In this document: positions 27,154 to 36,560 of the stretch, in pieces | Numbering within the stretch: position 1 is the stretch's first letter | Layout: each line of letters starts with the position of its first letter | Source of the DNA: an uncultured delta proteobacterium | Lineage (GTDB): Bacteria; Desulfobacterota; Binatia; Binatales; Binataceae | Assembly: GCA_963789835.1 (NCBI GenBank) | Contig: CAWBMF010000006.1 | Coordinates: 73,491 to 137,490, forward strand | Length of the DNA: 64,000 nt | Direction: 5' to 3' | The notes under the pieces: model-generated | The model's database searches: none | Told to the model about the DNA's origin: nothing | What the model saw: the letters and a program-made list of their open reading frames with translations, nothing else | Translations under genes and position numbers: made by a program

Positions 27154-27927
27154 GTGGGGAGCCAGCCGACCTTCAGAATTCGAACCGCGCTCCTCGTCAC
27201 GATCTTTTCGATTCTAAGTTCGATGCTGGCGGGGTGCTCGACCGTCAACGAAGGCGGCGGCACGGCCGCGGCGCCGGCGACCTCGATGCAAAAGCTCGAG
27301 TACTACCCGTACCAGGTCAAGGGCTACCAAAACAGTTATCCCAAAAAGACCATCCTGATTTTGATACCGACCGACGCGCGCGATGTGACCGGCAACGCGG
27401 CGCCGCTCAACGGCAATCCCGCGATTGGCGTAATCACGGATTCGAACGGCAACGTTACCGAACGGATGTACAGCTCGCCGCTCGGCCCAATCGTGCAGGG
27501 AGCGATCGGCCGCTCGGCCGATGAGGCGGGGATGAGCGCGTCGGCGTCGAGCGAGACGGCGTACCAGCCGAGTATCAAGAACACCACCGAGTACGTGCTC
27601 GCGAGCAAGATTCGCCGATGCTGGGCGAAGAAGGCTCCCGGCCCGAGCAGCCAGTACGGTCCGGTCTGGCGGACGACGGCGGATTTCGTGCTGGACGTTT
27701 CAATCTACAAGCCGCCGTTCAGCGTGCCGTTCTGGACCGGGAGCACCAGCGATACCTACGACGATCCGCCGGTGGGGTCGTTCGGGCTCGGTTCCGAGGA
27801 CGAAGCGGGCATCTACGACGAGCCGGGCGAGGTGCTGTCGGTCGCGCTGACGCGATCGGTGGCGGCGATATTCCAGCGCCAGGACTTGCGTAATCTGATG
27901 CTCGAAGACGACATAAAATCCCAGTAG
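27154..27927 (+). CDS. lipoprotein of unknown function
   Basis: GTG start. Signal FRIRTALLVTIFSILSSMLAGC has a lipobox (L-A-G-C). The mature part is not recognisable. 18 nt after the preceding gene. Confidence 0.7.
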   Translation: MGSQPTFRIRTALLVTIFSILSSMLAGCSTVNEGGGTAAAPATSMQKLEYYPYQVKGYQNSYPKKTILILIPTDARDVTGNAAPLNGNPAIGVITDSNGNVTERMYSSPLGPIVQGAIGRSADEAGMSASASSETAYQPSIKNTTEYVLASKIRRCWAKKAPGPSSQYGPVWRTTADFVLDVSIYKPPFSVPFWTGSTSDTYDDPPVGSFGLGSEDEAGIYDEPGEVLSVALTRSVAAIFQRQDLRNLMLEDDIKSQ

Positions 27928-28018
27928 CCGTGCGGTTGCGCGCGGTCTTTGAACAACCGGTAGGTTCGAATACCCTAGGCGGAGCGCCGTATCGTCGTCG
28001 CAATTGGGGAAGTGCTTG

Positions 28019-28924
28019 ATGGAAATCGGATTCGTTGGTCTCGGCAAAATGGGCATGAACATGGTCGAGCGGCTGCGGCGCGACAACCATCAGATAGTCG
28101 CGTTCGACCTCGACGATGCAAAACGCAAAGAGGTCTCGACCTTCGGCGCCGACGGCGTCAATTCGCTCAAGGACCTGGTCGCGCGCCTCGCGCCGCCGCG
28201 CGGCGTGTGGGTGATGGTGCCGGCGGGCGAGCCGACCGACAGCACGATTACCCAACTGGCGGAATTGCTCGAGCCCGGCGACGCGATCATCGACGGCGGC
28301 AACACCAACTTCCACGACGACGTGCGCCGCGCCGCAGTGCTCGGCGCCAAGGGGCTGCACCTGGTCGATGTGGGCACCAGCGGCGGCATTTGGGGGCTCA
28401 AGCTCGGTTACTGCCTGATGATCGGCGGCGAGCTGGAAATTTTCCGGCGCTATGAGCCGATTTTCAAAACGCTCGCGCCGCCCGACGGCTACGACCACGT
28501 CGGCGGCCACGGCGCGGGGCATTACGTGAAGATGGTCCACAACGGGATCGAATACGGGCTGATGCAGGCTTATGCCGAGGGCTTCGAGGCGATGCACAAG
28601 TCGGAGTACAAGCTCGACTTGCCGAATATCGCGAACCTGTGGGGGCGCGGCAGCGTCGTGCGATCGTGGCTGTTGATGCTGACGGCAAAAGCGCTCGAAA
28701 AAGATCCGGGGCTCAAGCAAATCCGCGGCTACGTCGAGGATTCGGGCGAGGGCCGCTGGGCGGTACAGGACGCAATCGACAAAAACATCTCGATGCCGGT
28801 GATCACGATGGCGCTGTTCACGCGCTTTCGATCGCGCGCCGACAAGGGCGAGGGCACCTTCGGCGAGAAGCTGCTCGCTGCTCTGCGCGACGAGTTCGGC
28901 GGCCACGGCGTCGTCAAGGAATAG
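28019..28924 (+). CDS. gnd: 6-phosphogluconate dehydrogenase (decarboxylating), short YqeC/Gnd-like form
   Basis: ATG 28019 after GGGGAAG. MEIGFVGLGKMGMNMVERL (NAD(P) GxGxxG), DGGNTNF, GHYVKMVHNGIEYGLMQAYAEGF. Confidence 0.9.
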   Translation: MEIGFVGLGKMGMNMVERLRRDNHQIVAFDLDDAKRKEVSTFGADGVNSLKDLVARLAPPRGVWVMVPAGEPTDSTITQLAELLEPGDAIIDGGNTNFHDDVRRAAVLGAKGLHLVDVGTSGGIWGLKLGYCLMIGGELEIFRRYEPIFKTLAPPDGYDHVGGHGAGHYVKMVHNGIEYGLMQAYAEGFEAMHKSEYKLDLPNIANLWGRGSVVRSWLLMLTAKALEKDPGLKQIRGYVEDSGEGRWAVQDAIDKNISMPVITMALFTRFRSRADKGEGTFGEKLLAALRDEFGGHGVVKE

Positions 28925-28947
28925 AGTTCGAGAGGGTTAGTTGTTTT

Positions 28948-30486
28948 ATGGCTGGGACTGCAAACAGGACCGCAGATTTCAATCATCTCCATCCAGTGAA
29001 GGAGCGCAATCACTACGATCCGTGCATCATCGTGATTTTCGGCGGCGCCGGCGACCTGAGTCATCGCAAGCTGATTCCGGCGCTGTACAATCTTTCGATC
29101 GACGGCGAATTGCCCGACAAGTTCGCGATCCTCGGCTTCTCGATGGAGGATCTGGACGACGAGAAGTATCGTCAGTTCGCGCTCAGCGGCATCGAGCAGT
29201 TCTCGCGCCGCAAAGTCGAGAACGAGCACTGGGCGAAGTTCGCGCCGATGCTGCATTTCAATCGCGGATCGTTCACCGAGGCGGCCGACTACGAGAACCT
29301 GCGCAAGCGCTGCGAGACGATCGATGCCGAGCGCGGCACGGCGGGCAATCGCGCGTACTACTTTGCGATTCCGCCGGCGTTCATCGACACCTGCTCGGAA
29401 GGATTGACGGCGGCGGGCATGATTCATCCGCCCGAAAAGGGCCATGCGTTTACGCGGGTGGTGGTGGAGAAGCCGATCGGATCCGATCTGGCGAGCGCGT
29501 CGGAGATAAATGCCGAGCTGGCGCGCCATTTCGATGAGAGCCAGATTTTCAGAATCGACCACTACCTGGGCAAGGAAACGGTCGAGAACCTGATGGTGCT
29601 GCGCTTCGCCAACGCGATCTTCGAACCGATCTGGACTGCGCGCTTCGTCGATCACGTGCAGATTACGGTGGCCGAGGCCGAGGGCGTCGGCACGCGCGCC
29701 GCCTATTACGATCACGCGGGCGCGCTGCGCGACATGGTGCAGAGCCATCTGCTGCAGACGCTTTGCATGATCGCGACCGAGCCGCCCAACACCACCGGCG
29801 CCGAGTCGATGCGCGACGCGAAGCTCGACGTGCTGCGCGCGCTGCGTCCGCTCGGCGACGAGGACATCGAGAAATGGGTGGTGCGCGGACAGTACGGCGA
29901 AGGGCTGATCGGCGGCGTGCCGGTCAAGGCGTATCGCGACGAGGAGCATATCGCGCCGGACTCGCAGGTCGAGACGTTTGTCGCGCTGCGATGCTGGATC
30001 GACAACTGGCGCTGGGCGGGAGTGCCGTTCTACCTGCGCACCGGCAAGCGGCTGCCCAAGCGCTCGAGCGAAATCGCGATCTACTTCAACAACGTGCCGC
30101 GAATCCTGTATAACGCAAATCCGCGCGCGCCGTTGGCGCCCAATATGCTGACGATCAGGATTCAGCCCGACGAAGGCCTGGCGCTGCACATCATGTCGAA
30201 GGTGCCGGGCTCGGCGACCAAGCTGCAGCAGGTCAAGGTCGATTTCCACTACGTCACGTCGACGCCGGAAGCGTACGAGACGCTGCTCAACGACGTGATC
30301 GTCGGCGACCAGACGCTCTTCATGCGGCGCGACACGGTCGAAGAAGCGTGGAAGTTCGTGCAGCCGATACTCGACGCGTGGGATCAGTCGCCGATGGATC
30401 CGCCGATCTATGCGGCGGGATCGTGGGGACCGCTCGAAGCGGCGCTGATGATCGCGAGTGACGGACGCACCTGGCGAACGCTATAG
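28948..30486 (+). CDS. zwf: glucose-6-phosphate dehydrogenase
   Basis: Inner ATG 28948 of track ORF 28639..30486. IVIFGGAGDLSHRKLIPALYNL, RIDHYLGKETVENLMVLRFAN (active-site motif), QSHLLQ. Confidence 0.95.
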   Translation: MAGTANRTADFNHLHPVKERNHYDPCIIVIFGGAGDLSHRKLIPALYNLSIDGELPDKFAILGFSMEDLDDEKYRQFALSGIEQFSRRKVENEHWAKFAPMLHFNRGSFTEAADYENLRKRCETIDAERGTAGNRAYYFAIPPAFIDTCSEGLTAAGMIHPPEKGHAFTRVVVEKPIGSDLASASEINAELARHFDESQIFRIDHYLGKETVENLMVLRFANAIFEPIWTARFVDHVQITVAEAEGVGTRAAYYDHAGALRDMVQSHLLQTLCMIATEPPNTTGAESMRDAKLDVLRALRPLGDEDIEKWVVRGQYGEGLIGGVPVKAYRDEEHIAPDSQVETFVALRCWIDNWRWAGVPFYLRTGKRLPKRSSEIAIYFNNVPRILYNANPRAPLAPNMLTIRIQPDEGLALHIMSKVPGSATKLQQVKVDFHYVTSTPEAYETLLNDVIVGDQTLFMRRDTVEEAWKFVQPILDAWDQSPMDPPIYAAGSWGPLEAALMIASDGRTWRTL

Positions 30487-30500
30487 GCGAGGTAACTCAG

Positions 30501-31499
30501 ATGGCGGGCGGCATCACACTCACGCGGCATATCATGACCAAGAGCGCGACTGCGATTCGGCCCGTGGACCTGGCGCTGATAATGGAGCGCATCGAGCTGA
30601 TCGCCAAGCGCATCACGCGCCAGCTGGCGGCCGCGGGTCTGACCGGCGAGATCGGCTACACGGGCGCGACCAACGTGCAGGGCGAGCAGGTCAAGAAGCT
30701 CGACGAGTGGGGCAACCAGGTTTTCCTGGACGCATTCGAGCAGGGATACCCGGTATGCAGTCTCATTTCCGAGGAAATGGACGAGCCGCACCATTACTCA
30801 GTCAGCTGCGGCGACAATAGCTACTGCGTACTCTACGATCCGATCGACGGGTCATCGAATACCGACGTCAACGGATCGCTCGGCACTATCTTCGCGGTGA
30901 AGAAACGCGCGCCCGGGCATGCGAAGGGAATCGAAGACATCCTCGCGCCGGGAAGTCAGCAACTCGTCGCGGGCTATGTATTATATGGTCCGGCGGCGCA
31001 GCTGGTGTATTGCGCGGGCGCGGGCGTCGACATTTTCACGCTCGATCGAAGCCTCGGCGAGTTCATTCTCTGGAAAGAAAACGTGAAGATGCCCGCGCAC
31101 GGGACTATCTACGCCGTCAACCAGGCCAATGCGGCAAAGTGGCATGAGGGTGCGCGCAAATTCCTGGCGCATATCACCAGTCGCAAAGACAAACGGACTA
31201 GCTATTCGCTGCGCTACTGCGGCGCATTCGCCGCCGACTTCCATCGATTCCTGCTCGAGGGCGGAATCTACATGTATCCCGGCGAAGTCGCCGAGGGCGG
31301 CAAGGCCAAGGGCAAGCTCCGCCTCATGTATGAGCTGGCGCCGCTCTCGATGATTGCGGAGCAGGCGGGCGGGCGCGGCACGACCGGCAAGCGGCGGATT
31401 CTCGATATCGCAGCCAGCGGGATTCACGAGCGGCATCCGATCTACATCGGCAGCGCGGAGGAAGTGGCGCTGGCCGAATCGTTCAACGTCGAAGGTTGA
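30501..31499 (+). CDS. fbp: class 1 fructose-1,6-bisphosphatase
   Basis: 332 aa. ITLTRHIM..., NVQGEQVKKLD, LISEEMDE, VLYDPIDGSSNTDVNGSLGTIF, YSLRYCGAFAADFHRFLLEGGIYMYPG. Confidence 0.92.
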   Translation: MAGGITLTRHIMTKSATAIRPVDLALIMERIELIAKRITRQLAAAGLTGEIGYTGATNVQGEQVKKLDEWGNQVFLDAFEQGYPVCSLISEEMDEPHHYSVSCGDNSYCVLYDPIDGSSNTDVNGSLGTIFAVKKRAPGHAKGIEDILAPGSQQLVAGYVLYGPAAQLVYCAGAGVDIFTLDRSLGEFILWKENVKMPAHGTIYAVNQANAAKWHEGARKFLAHITSRKDKRTSYSLRYCGAFAADFHRFLLEGGIYMYPGEVAEGGKAKGKLRLMYELAPLSMIAEQAGGRGTTGKRRILDIAASGIHERHPIYIGSAEEVALAESFNVEG

Positions 31500-31515
31500 A
31501 GCGATCGAGGTTCCG

Positions 31516-32502
31516 ATGGAGCGACAAATCCTGGCCGGCGATGTCGGTGGAACCAAAACCGATCTCGGGCTCTTCAAGTATTCGGCAGGCACGCTCGAAC
31601 TCGTGCGCGAGCATCGCTACGCGACCGCGAAGTTCGACAGCCTCGAGGCGGTGTGCGCGGATTTTCTTGGCGCCAGCGCGACGGTGAATGCGGCCTGCCT
31701 CGGTGTGCCGGGGCCGATCATCGACGGCAGCGCGCATGCCACCAACGTACCGTGGGAGCTGTCGAGCGCCGCGCTGTCGCGTGTGCTGAAGGGAGTTCCG
31801 GTTCGCCTGCTCAACGATCTCGCGGCGATCGCGCACGGCATGGTTAATCTGAAGCCGGCCGAGTTCGTCGTGCTGCATCGCGCAGAAAATCCGCCCGCGC
31901 ACGGCAACATCGCGGTGATTGCCGCGGGGACAGGGCTGGGCGAATCGTCGCTGGTGTGGGAGGGCGACAGATATTACGCGGTCGCGTCCGAAGGCGGCCA
32001 CAGCGATTTCGCGCCGCACGACGCGGAGCAGATCGAGTTGCTGCGATCCCTCGCGGCCGAGTTCGGACACGTCAGCTACGAGCGCGTCCTCTCGGGTCCA
32101 GGCCTGTGGAACATTTATAAATTTTTGCGGCGCGAGAGCCACGCCGAAGAGCCCGCATGGCTGAGCGCGCAGATCGCCGCCGGCGACGCATCGGCGGCAG
32201 TGAGCGAGGCGGCGATTGCGGGACGCGACCCGGTATGCGTTCACGCGCTCACGATGTTCTGCGACATTTACGGATCCGAGGCGGCCAACCTCGCGCTCAA
32301 AGTGCTGGCGCTCGGTGGCGTCTACCTGGGCGGAGGTATCGCGCCGAAAATTCTGCCGATGCTCACCAATGGCACGTTTGTGCGGGGATTCCTGGCGAAG
32401 GGCAGGCTCAACGAAATTTTGAAACGAATCGAGGTCCGCGTCTCGCTGAATCCGTCCGCCGGACTGCTCGGCGCGGCTCACGTCGCGGCCGCGATGTTGT
32501 GA
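31516..32502 (+). CDS. glk: glucokinase
   Basis: Inner ATG 31516 of track ORF 31354..32502. ILAGDVGGTKTDLGLF (ATP-binding), LLNDLAAIAHG, EGGHSDFAP, YLGGGIAPKILP. Confidence 0.9.
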   Translation: MERQILAGDVGGTKTDLGLFKYSAGTLELVREHRYATAKFDSLEAVCADFLGASATVNAACLGVPGPIIDGSAHATNVPWELSSAALSRVLKGVPVRLLNDLAAIAHGMVNLKPAEFVVLHRAENPPAHGNIAVIAAGTGLGESSLVWEGDRYYAVASEGGHSDFAPHDAEQIELLRSLAAEFGHVSYERVLSGPGLWNIYKFLRRESHAEEPAWLSAQIAAGDASAAVSEAAIAGRDPVCVHALTMFCDIYGSEAANLALKVLALGGVYLGGGIAPKILPMLTNGTFVRGFLAKGRLNEILKRIEVRVSLNPSAGLLGAAHVAAAML

Positions 32503-33396
32503 CATCTCAAACAAACATCCCGCTGCGTCATGCGCTCGTCGTGGTGACCGGGGCCTCGACGGGAATCGGGGCAGCCACCGCCCGCGAACTCGGCCAGCGC
32601 GGCTTTCACGTCCTCGCCGGCGTACGTCGGCGATGCAGACGCCGACGCTATCCGATCGGCGAATGTCGAGCCGAGCCGACTCGACATCACCAACGAGGCC
32701 GAGATCGCGATGCTCGTGAAGCGCATCGCCGACGACCCCGACCGCCGTCCGCTGCGCGCCCTCGTCAACAACGCCGGAATCCAGATCAACGCGCCGGTGG
32801 AGGCGCTGCCGCTCTCCGAGTGGCGCCGCCTGTTCGACGTCAACCTCTTCGGCCACGTCGCGATGACGCAAGCACTCCTGCCCGCGCTCATCGAGAGCCG
32901 CGGGACGGTTGTCAACGTGACGTCAGTCGGGGGCAAGCTGGCGATGGCAGGCTACGGACCCTACGCCGGTACCAAGTTCGCGCTCGAGGCTGTCAGCGAT
33001 GCGTTGCGCCGCGAGGTCGCCGCTTTCGGCGTGAAAGTCGTCGTCATCGAACCGGGCGCGGTCACCACCGAGATGACTGGTCGCCTGGTCATCGCCTCCG
33101 AGCGCATCACCGGCGGCATGAGTGCGGAACAGCACGGTCGCTACGACGCGCTCATGCAAGCCGTCATCGCACAGGCCCGGACGTTCACGCGCGAAGGCGC
33201 AGGGCGGCCAGCCGAGGAGGTCGGACGAGTCATAGCAGACGCGATCATCAGCGAGCGGCCTCGCACTCGCTATACCGTCGGCCGCGACGCTGCGATTGGC
33301 GTTCGCCTCGCTCGGTTCGTCTCCGACCGCATGCTGGACAGCATGCTCGCCCGCGCCCTCAAACCCTACTTCGCCAAAGCCCGGCAGACGCCGTGA
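32499..33396 (+). CDS. SDR family oxidoreductase (apparent frameshift near 32620-32640)
   Basis: GTG 32499 overlaps the glk stop (GTGA). ALVVVTGASTGIGAATARELGQRGFHVLAGVR (TGxxxGxG) lies in one frame. NNAG, catalytic YAGTKFALEAV (YxxxK) and the rest lie in track ORF 32710..33396. Confidence 0.85.
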
Positions 33397-33501
33397 GCGA
33401 ACGACCGCGCTTCAGTATGGGATTGAGAGTTTCAGGGCCAGTTGTTTGAGTGATATAGGAATGCAAACTGCGGTGACACTCCCGACGGGAGACAGAGGAA
33501 T

Positions 33502-34416
33502 ATGACGAAGCGAGTTCGAGAGATTCTTGGCTATTACGATTCGGAAAACGGCAGCGTGCGGAACAACCTGTCGCGGATGCTGAACCATGGCAAGCTGGCG
33601 GGCACGGGCAAATTCGTGATCCTGCCGGTGGACCAGGGCTTCGAGCATGGACCGGCGCGCAGCTTTGCGATGAATCCGCCGGCGTACGATCCGCGCTACC
33701 ATTTTCAGCTCGCTATCGACGCGGGCTGCAACGCGTTCGCGGCGCCGCTCGGAATGCTCGAGGCGGGAGTAGCCGAATTCGTCGGTGAGATTCCGCTCAT
33801 CCTCAAGGTCAACAATCACGACGTGCTCAACGATGAAAAAGATCCGGCGCCGTCGATGACGGCGAGCGTCAAGGACGCGATGCGGCTCGGCGCCTGCGCG
33901 GTTGGACTGACAATCTACCCGGGGTCGGCGAAGGAAAAGTCGATGTACGAGGAGGCGCGCGCGATTGGTGAAGAGGCCAAGGCGCACGGTCTGCCGCTGG
34001 TCATCTGGTCGTACCCGCGCGGATCCGGCATCAGCAAGCAGGGCGAGACGGCGCTCGACGTGGTCGCGTATGCGGCGCAAATCGCGGCGCAGCTGGGAGC
34101 CAACATCATCAAGGTCAAGCCGCCGACGGCGTTCATCGAACAGGCCGAGGCCAAAAAGGCGTACGACGCCAACAAGGTCCCGGTCGAGCCGCTCTCCGCG
34201 CGCATCAAGCACGTCATGCAGTCGGCGTTCAACAGCCGGCGCATCGTGATTTTTTCCGGCGGCGTAAAGGAGACCGACGAGTCGCTGCTCAACACCGTGC
34301 GCGGGATTCACGACGGCGGCGGTTACGGCTCAATCATCGGGCGCAACAGTTTCCAGCGCCCGAAGGCCGACGCGATCGCGCTGCTGGGCAAAGTGATCGA
34401 CATTTACAGTAGCTGA
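33502..34416 (+). CDS. fbaB: class I fructose-bisphosphate aldolase (FbaB/DhnA type)
   Basis: AGAGGAA SD. GKLAGTGKFVILPVDQGFEHGPARSF...YDPRYHFQLAIDAGCNAFAAPLGML...IPLILKVNNH aligns with E. coli FbaB ([25 protein letters not shown]...). Confidence 0.88.
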   Translation: MTKRVREILGYYDSENGSVRNNLSRMLNHGKLAGTGKFVILPVDQGFEHGPARSFAMNPPAYDPRYHFQLAIDAGCNAFAAPLGMLEAGVAEFVGEIPLILKVNNHDVLNDEKDPAPSMTASVKDAMRLGACAVGLTIYPGSAKEKSMYEEARAIGEEAKAHGLPLVIWSYPRGSGISKQGETALDVVAYAAQIAAQLGANIIKVKPPTAFIEQAEAKKAYDANKVPVEPLSARIKHVMQSAFNSRRIVIFSGGVKETDESLLNTVRGIHDGGGYGSIIGRNSFQRPKADAIALLGKVIDIYSS

Positions 34417-34422
34417 ACGAGC

Positions 34423-35233
34423 ATGAAATACAGCGAGTACCAGCATCTCCTGTTCGAGCAGAAGGGCGACGGCATCCTGCTCATCACGATCAACCGTCCC
34501 GAAGTGCTCAACGCCACCAACAGCCCGCCTGCATTGGGAGTTGAGCCGCGTGTGGCTGGACATCGCCGACGACGACGAAACCAACGTCATCGTCGTGACG
34601 GGCGCGGGGCGCGCGTTCTCGGCCGGCGGCGACCTCGAGATGATTCAGAATATGGCGGCGAGCGCGGCGAATATCGGCAAGGCGTGGAAGGAAGCCGGCG
34701 ACATCGTCTACAACATGATCAATCTCGACAAGCCGATCATCTCGGCGATCAACGGCGTCGCGGTCGGCGCGGGATTGGCAGTCGCGTTCATGGCGGATAT
34801 CAGCATCGCGTCGGAGTCGATGCGAATCACGGACGGTCACCTGCGCCTCGGCGTCGCGGCGGGAGATCACGCGGTGATCGTATGGCCGCTGCTATGCGGC
34901 ATGGCCAAGGCGAAGTACTACCTGATGACGGCGGATTTTATCGACGGCAAGGAGGCAGAGCGCATCGGGTTGGTGAGCCTGTGCGTCCCGGCCGACAAGC
35001 TGATGGACAAAGCGATGGAAGTGGCGCGCAAGCTGGCGCGCGGCCCGCAGCAGGCGGTGCGATTCACGAAACGCTCGCTCAACAACTGGCTGCGCGTAGC
35101 AGGCCCGGCATTCGACGCATCGCTGGCGCTCGAGATGATGGGATTTTTCAGCGCCGATTTGTCGGAGGGCGTCGCCGCGCTGCAGGAGAAACGCCAACCG
35201 TCGTTCCCGGGTTTCAACAAACCCAAGTCGTAG
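34423..35233 (+). CDS. enoyl-CoA hydratase/isomerase family protein (apparent frameshift near 34505-34525)
   Basis: MKYSEYQHLLFEQKGDGILLITINRPEVLNATN lies in the frame of 34423. ARLHWELSRVWLDIADDDETNVIVVTGAGRAFSAGGDL...AINGVAVGAGLAVAF lies in track ORF 34541..35233. Confidence 0.88.
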
Positions 35234-35315
35234 GAACAGCGCGGAACACGACCGCTAGTTACTGTTCGATGCTTCCGCGCTCTGGTAAATCGAGCTAACA
35301 GGCTGCGCCAGATAA

Positions 35316-35567
35316 ATGCGCGACTCCAAACGCGATCAATGGAAGCGCGATCCGGACCGCACCATAGTTCAGTCGGATGCTTGGAACCGCGCAGCGCTGA
35401 TTTGGTCAATGACCTCGCCCCTTATCGTCTTGTTCCTGGTTCTCGTGTTTGCGCCCGATTGGGACTGGAGGGCACTGACCGGAATAATGATGTTTGCCTT
35501 TGCCTCTGGCAGCGTCGTGCTGATTTTGGGGTGGGTGTACGAACTCGTTAGGTATCGTGACCCATAA
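35316..35567 (+). CDS. hypothetical small two-TM membrane protein
   Basis: 83-aa ORF in the A/T-richer islet with two hydrophobic stretches (SPLIVLFLVLVFAP, GIMMFAFASGSVVLILGWVY). No SD and no family recognised. Confidence 0.3.
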   Translation: MRDSKRDQWKRDPDRTIVQSDAWNRAALIWSMTSPLIVLFLVLVFAPDWDWRALTGIMMFAFASGSVVLILGWVYELVRYRDP

Positions 35568-35987
35568 ATTTTAAACTGAGACACGACCGGATTTTTGGTA
35601 CTGGCGATATTCGAGAGCGTGAGCGATTGACTGGCGTCTTTTGAACATCGAAGTGGCGTCCTTTGCCTCAATTCGCAGTGTTGGTAAGTTGGAAAGTACA
35701 TCGGCTGGTTTACACGCCCGTTGCTAGTCGGCGTCGGGCTGGCGATTTCTGCTGGCCCGTTTTCTTCTCTACAAAATCAACCCGTATGCAGTGTTACAAA
35801 AGGAACTCGCTCGGAATAAAAGTGGTGCAAACATCTGGAATCGTTCCTCTCAGAACGCAGCGCAGATAGCGACAATTGTACATGGCTATTACAAGACGAT
35901 CGTCGGCTCTCATCCCCCTGAAGCCGAAGGCACGCTTGGTCCATATGCCCTCATGGTGAAGCCAGCGTGCCTTTCTTTTTGGGCGCA

Positions 35988-36015
35988 GTGGCGTCTTTTG
36001 GTCGAATGACGCCAC
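35988..36015. repeat. hairpin GTGGCGTC-N12-GACGCCAC; third copy of the TGGCGTC(T/C)TTTG motif
   Basis: TGGCGTCTTTTG at 35632..35643, TGGCGTCCTTTG at 35654..35665 and TGGCGTCTTTTG at 35989..36000, the last paired with the inverted GACGCCA at 36008..36014. All are non-coding. Confidence 0.6.
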
Positions 36016-36104
36016 TACCCGATTTCGCCCCCCTTTTGATGCGGCGGGGATTCTGAAATAATCTTGCGCGCTTGAAAACGACCTTAACTGGAGCGGGGAC
36101 CAAA

Positions 36105-36449
36105 ATGTTGACGAAGAAAGTTGTGCTTGCTGCTGCCTCATCGATGCTGGCGGCGACTCTCGTGTTCGCGGCGGCTGCTCAGCCGGCTTACGCCACGAGC
36201 AAAGTCGATTGCGACGCCGTGATGAACGAGGTCAACAGCGGGAAGCATGCCAAGGACATCGCCAAGGACCTGAACATCTCGACCTCGAGCGTGTATCGCT
36301 GCAAGAAGCACGCGAAGGAAGCGGCGAAAGCCTCGACCAAGTCGCGAGTACAGGCGTCCGCGATGGCTGCTATGCCTTCGCCTGCAATGGCTGCGATGAA
36401 GCCGGCCGCGGCGGCGTCGGCGGCACCGGCGGCGGCTCCGTCGAAGTAG
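36105..36449 (+). CDS. small secreted protein with HTH-like segment and Ala/Pro/Met-rich tail
   Basis: ATG 36105 after GGGGA. Signal peptide MLTKKVVLAAASSMLAATLVFAAAAQPAYA. Mature SKVDCDAVMNEVNSGKHAKDIAKDLNISTSSVYRCKKHAKE resembles a resolvase/IS-type HTH. Confidence 0.5.
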   Translation: MLTKKVVLAAASSMLAATLVFAAAAQPAYATSKVDCDAVMNEVNSGKHAKDIAKDLNISTSSVYRCKKHAKEAAKASTKSRVQASAMAAMPSPAMAAMKPAAAASAAPAAAPSK

Positions 36450-36500
36450 GAATTGGCGAAGTAGAAATTTGTGAAGTAGGAATCGGCGCCTCGATCCGAT

Positions 36501-36530
36501 GCGTCGCGAGTCGCCGATGGCTCGCGACGC
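36501..36530 (+). terminator. possible stem-loop terminator (10-bp GC stem)
   Basis: GCGTCGCGAG tcgccgatgg CTCGCGACGC followed by TTCAT, 50 nt after the stop of 36105..36449. There is no long U-tract, so this is weak. Confidence 0.3.
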
Positions 36531-36560
36531 TTCATCCCGCGCCGTGAATTTTTAATCGCG

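Noticed and set aside
35369-36141. Minus-strand ORFs 35369..35701 and 35794..36141 in the A/T-richer islet.
   Set aside because: They have no start context, no motifs and odd composition, and they overlap the repeated TGGCGTCTTTTG motifs, so they were treated as non-coding.
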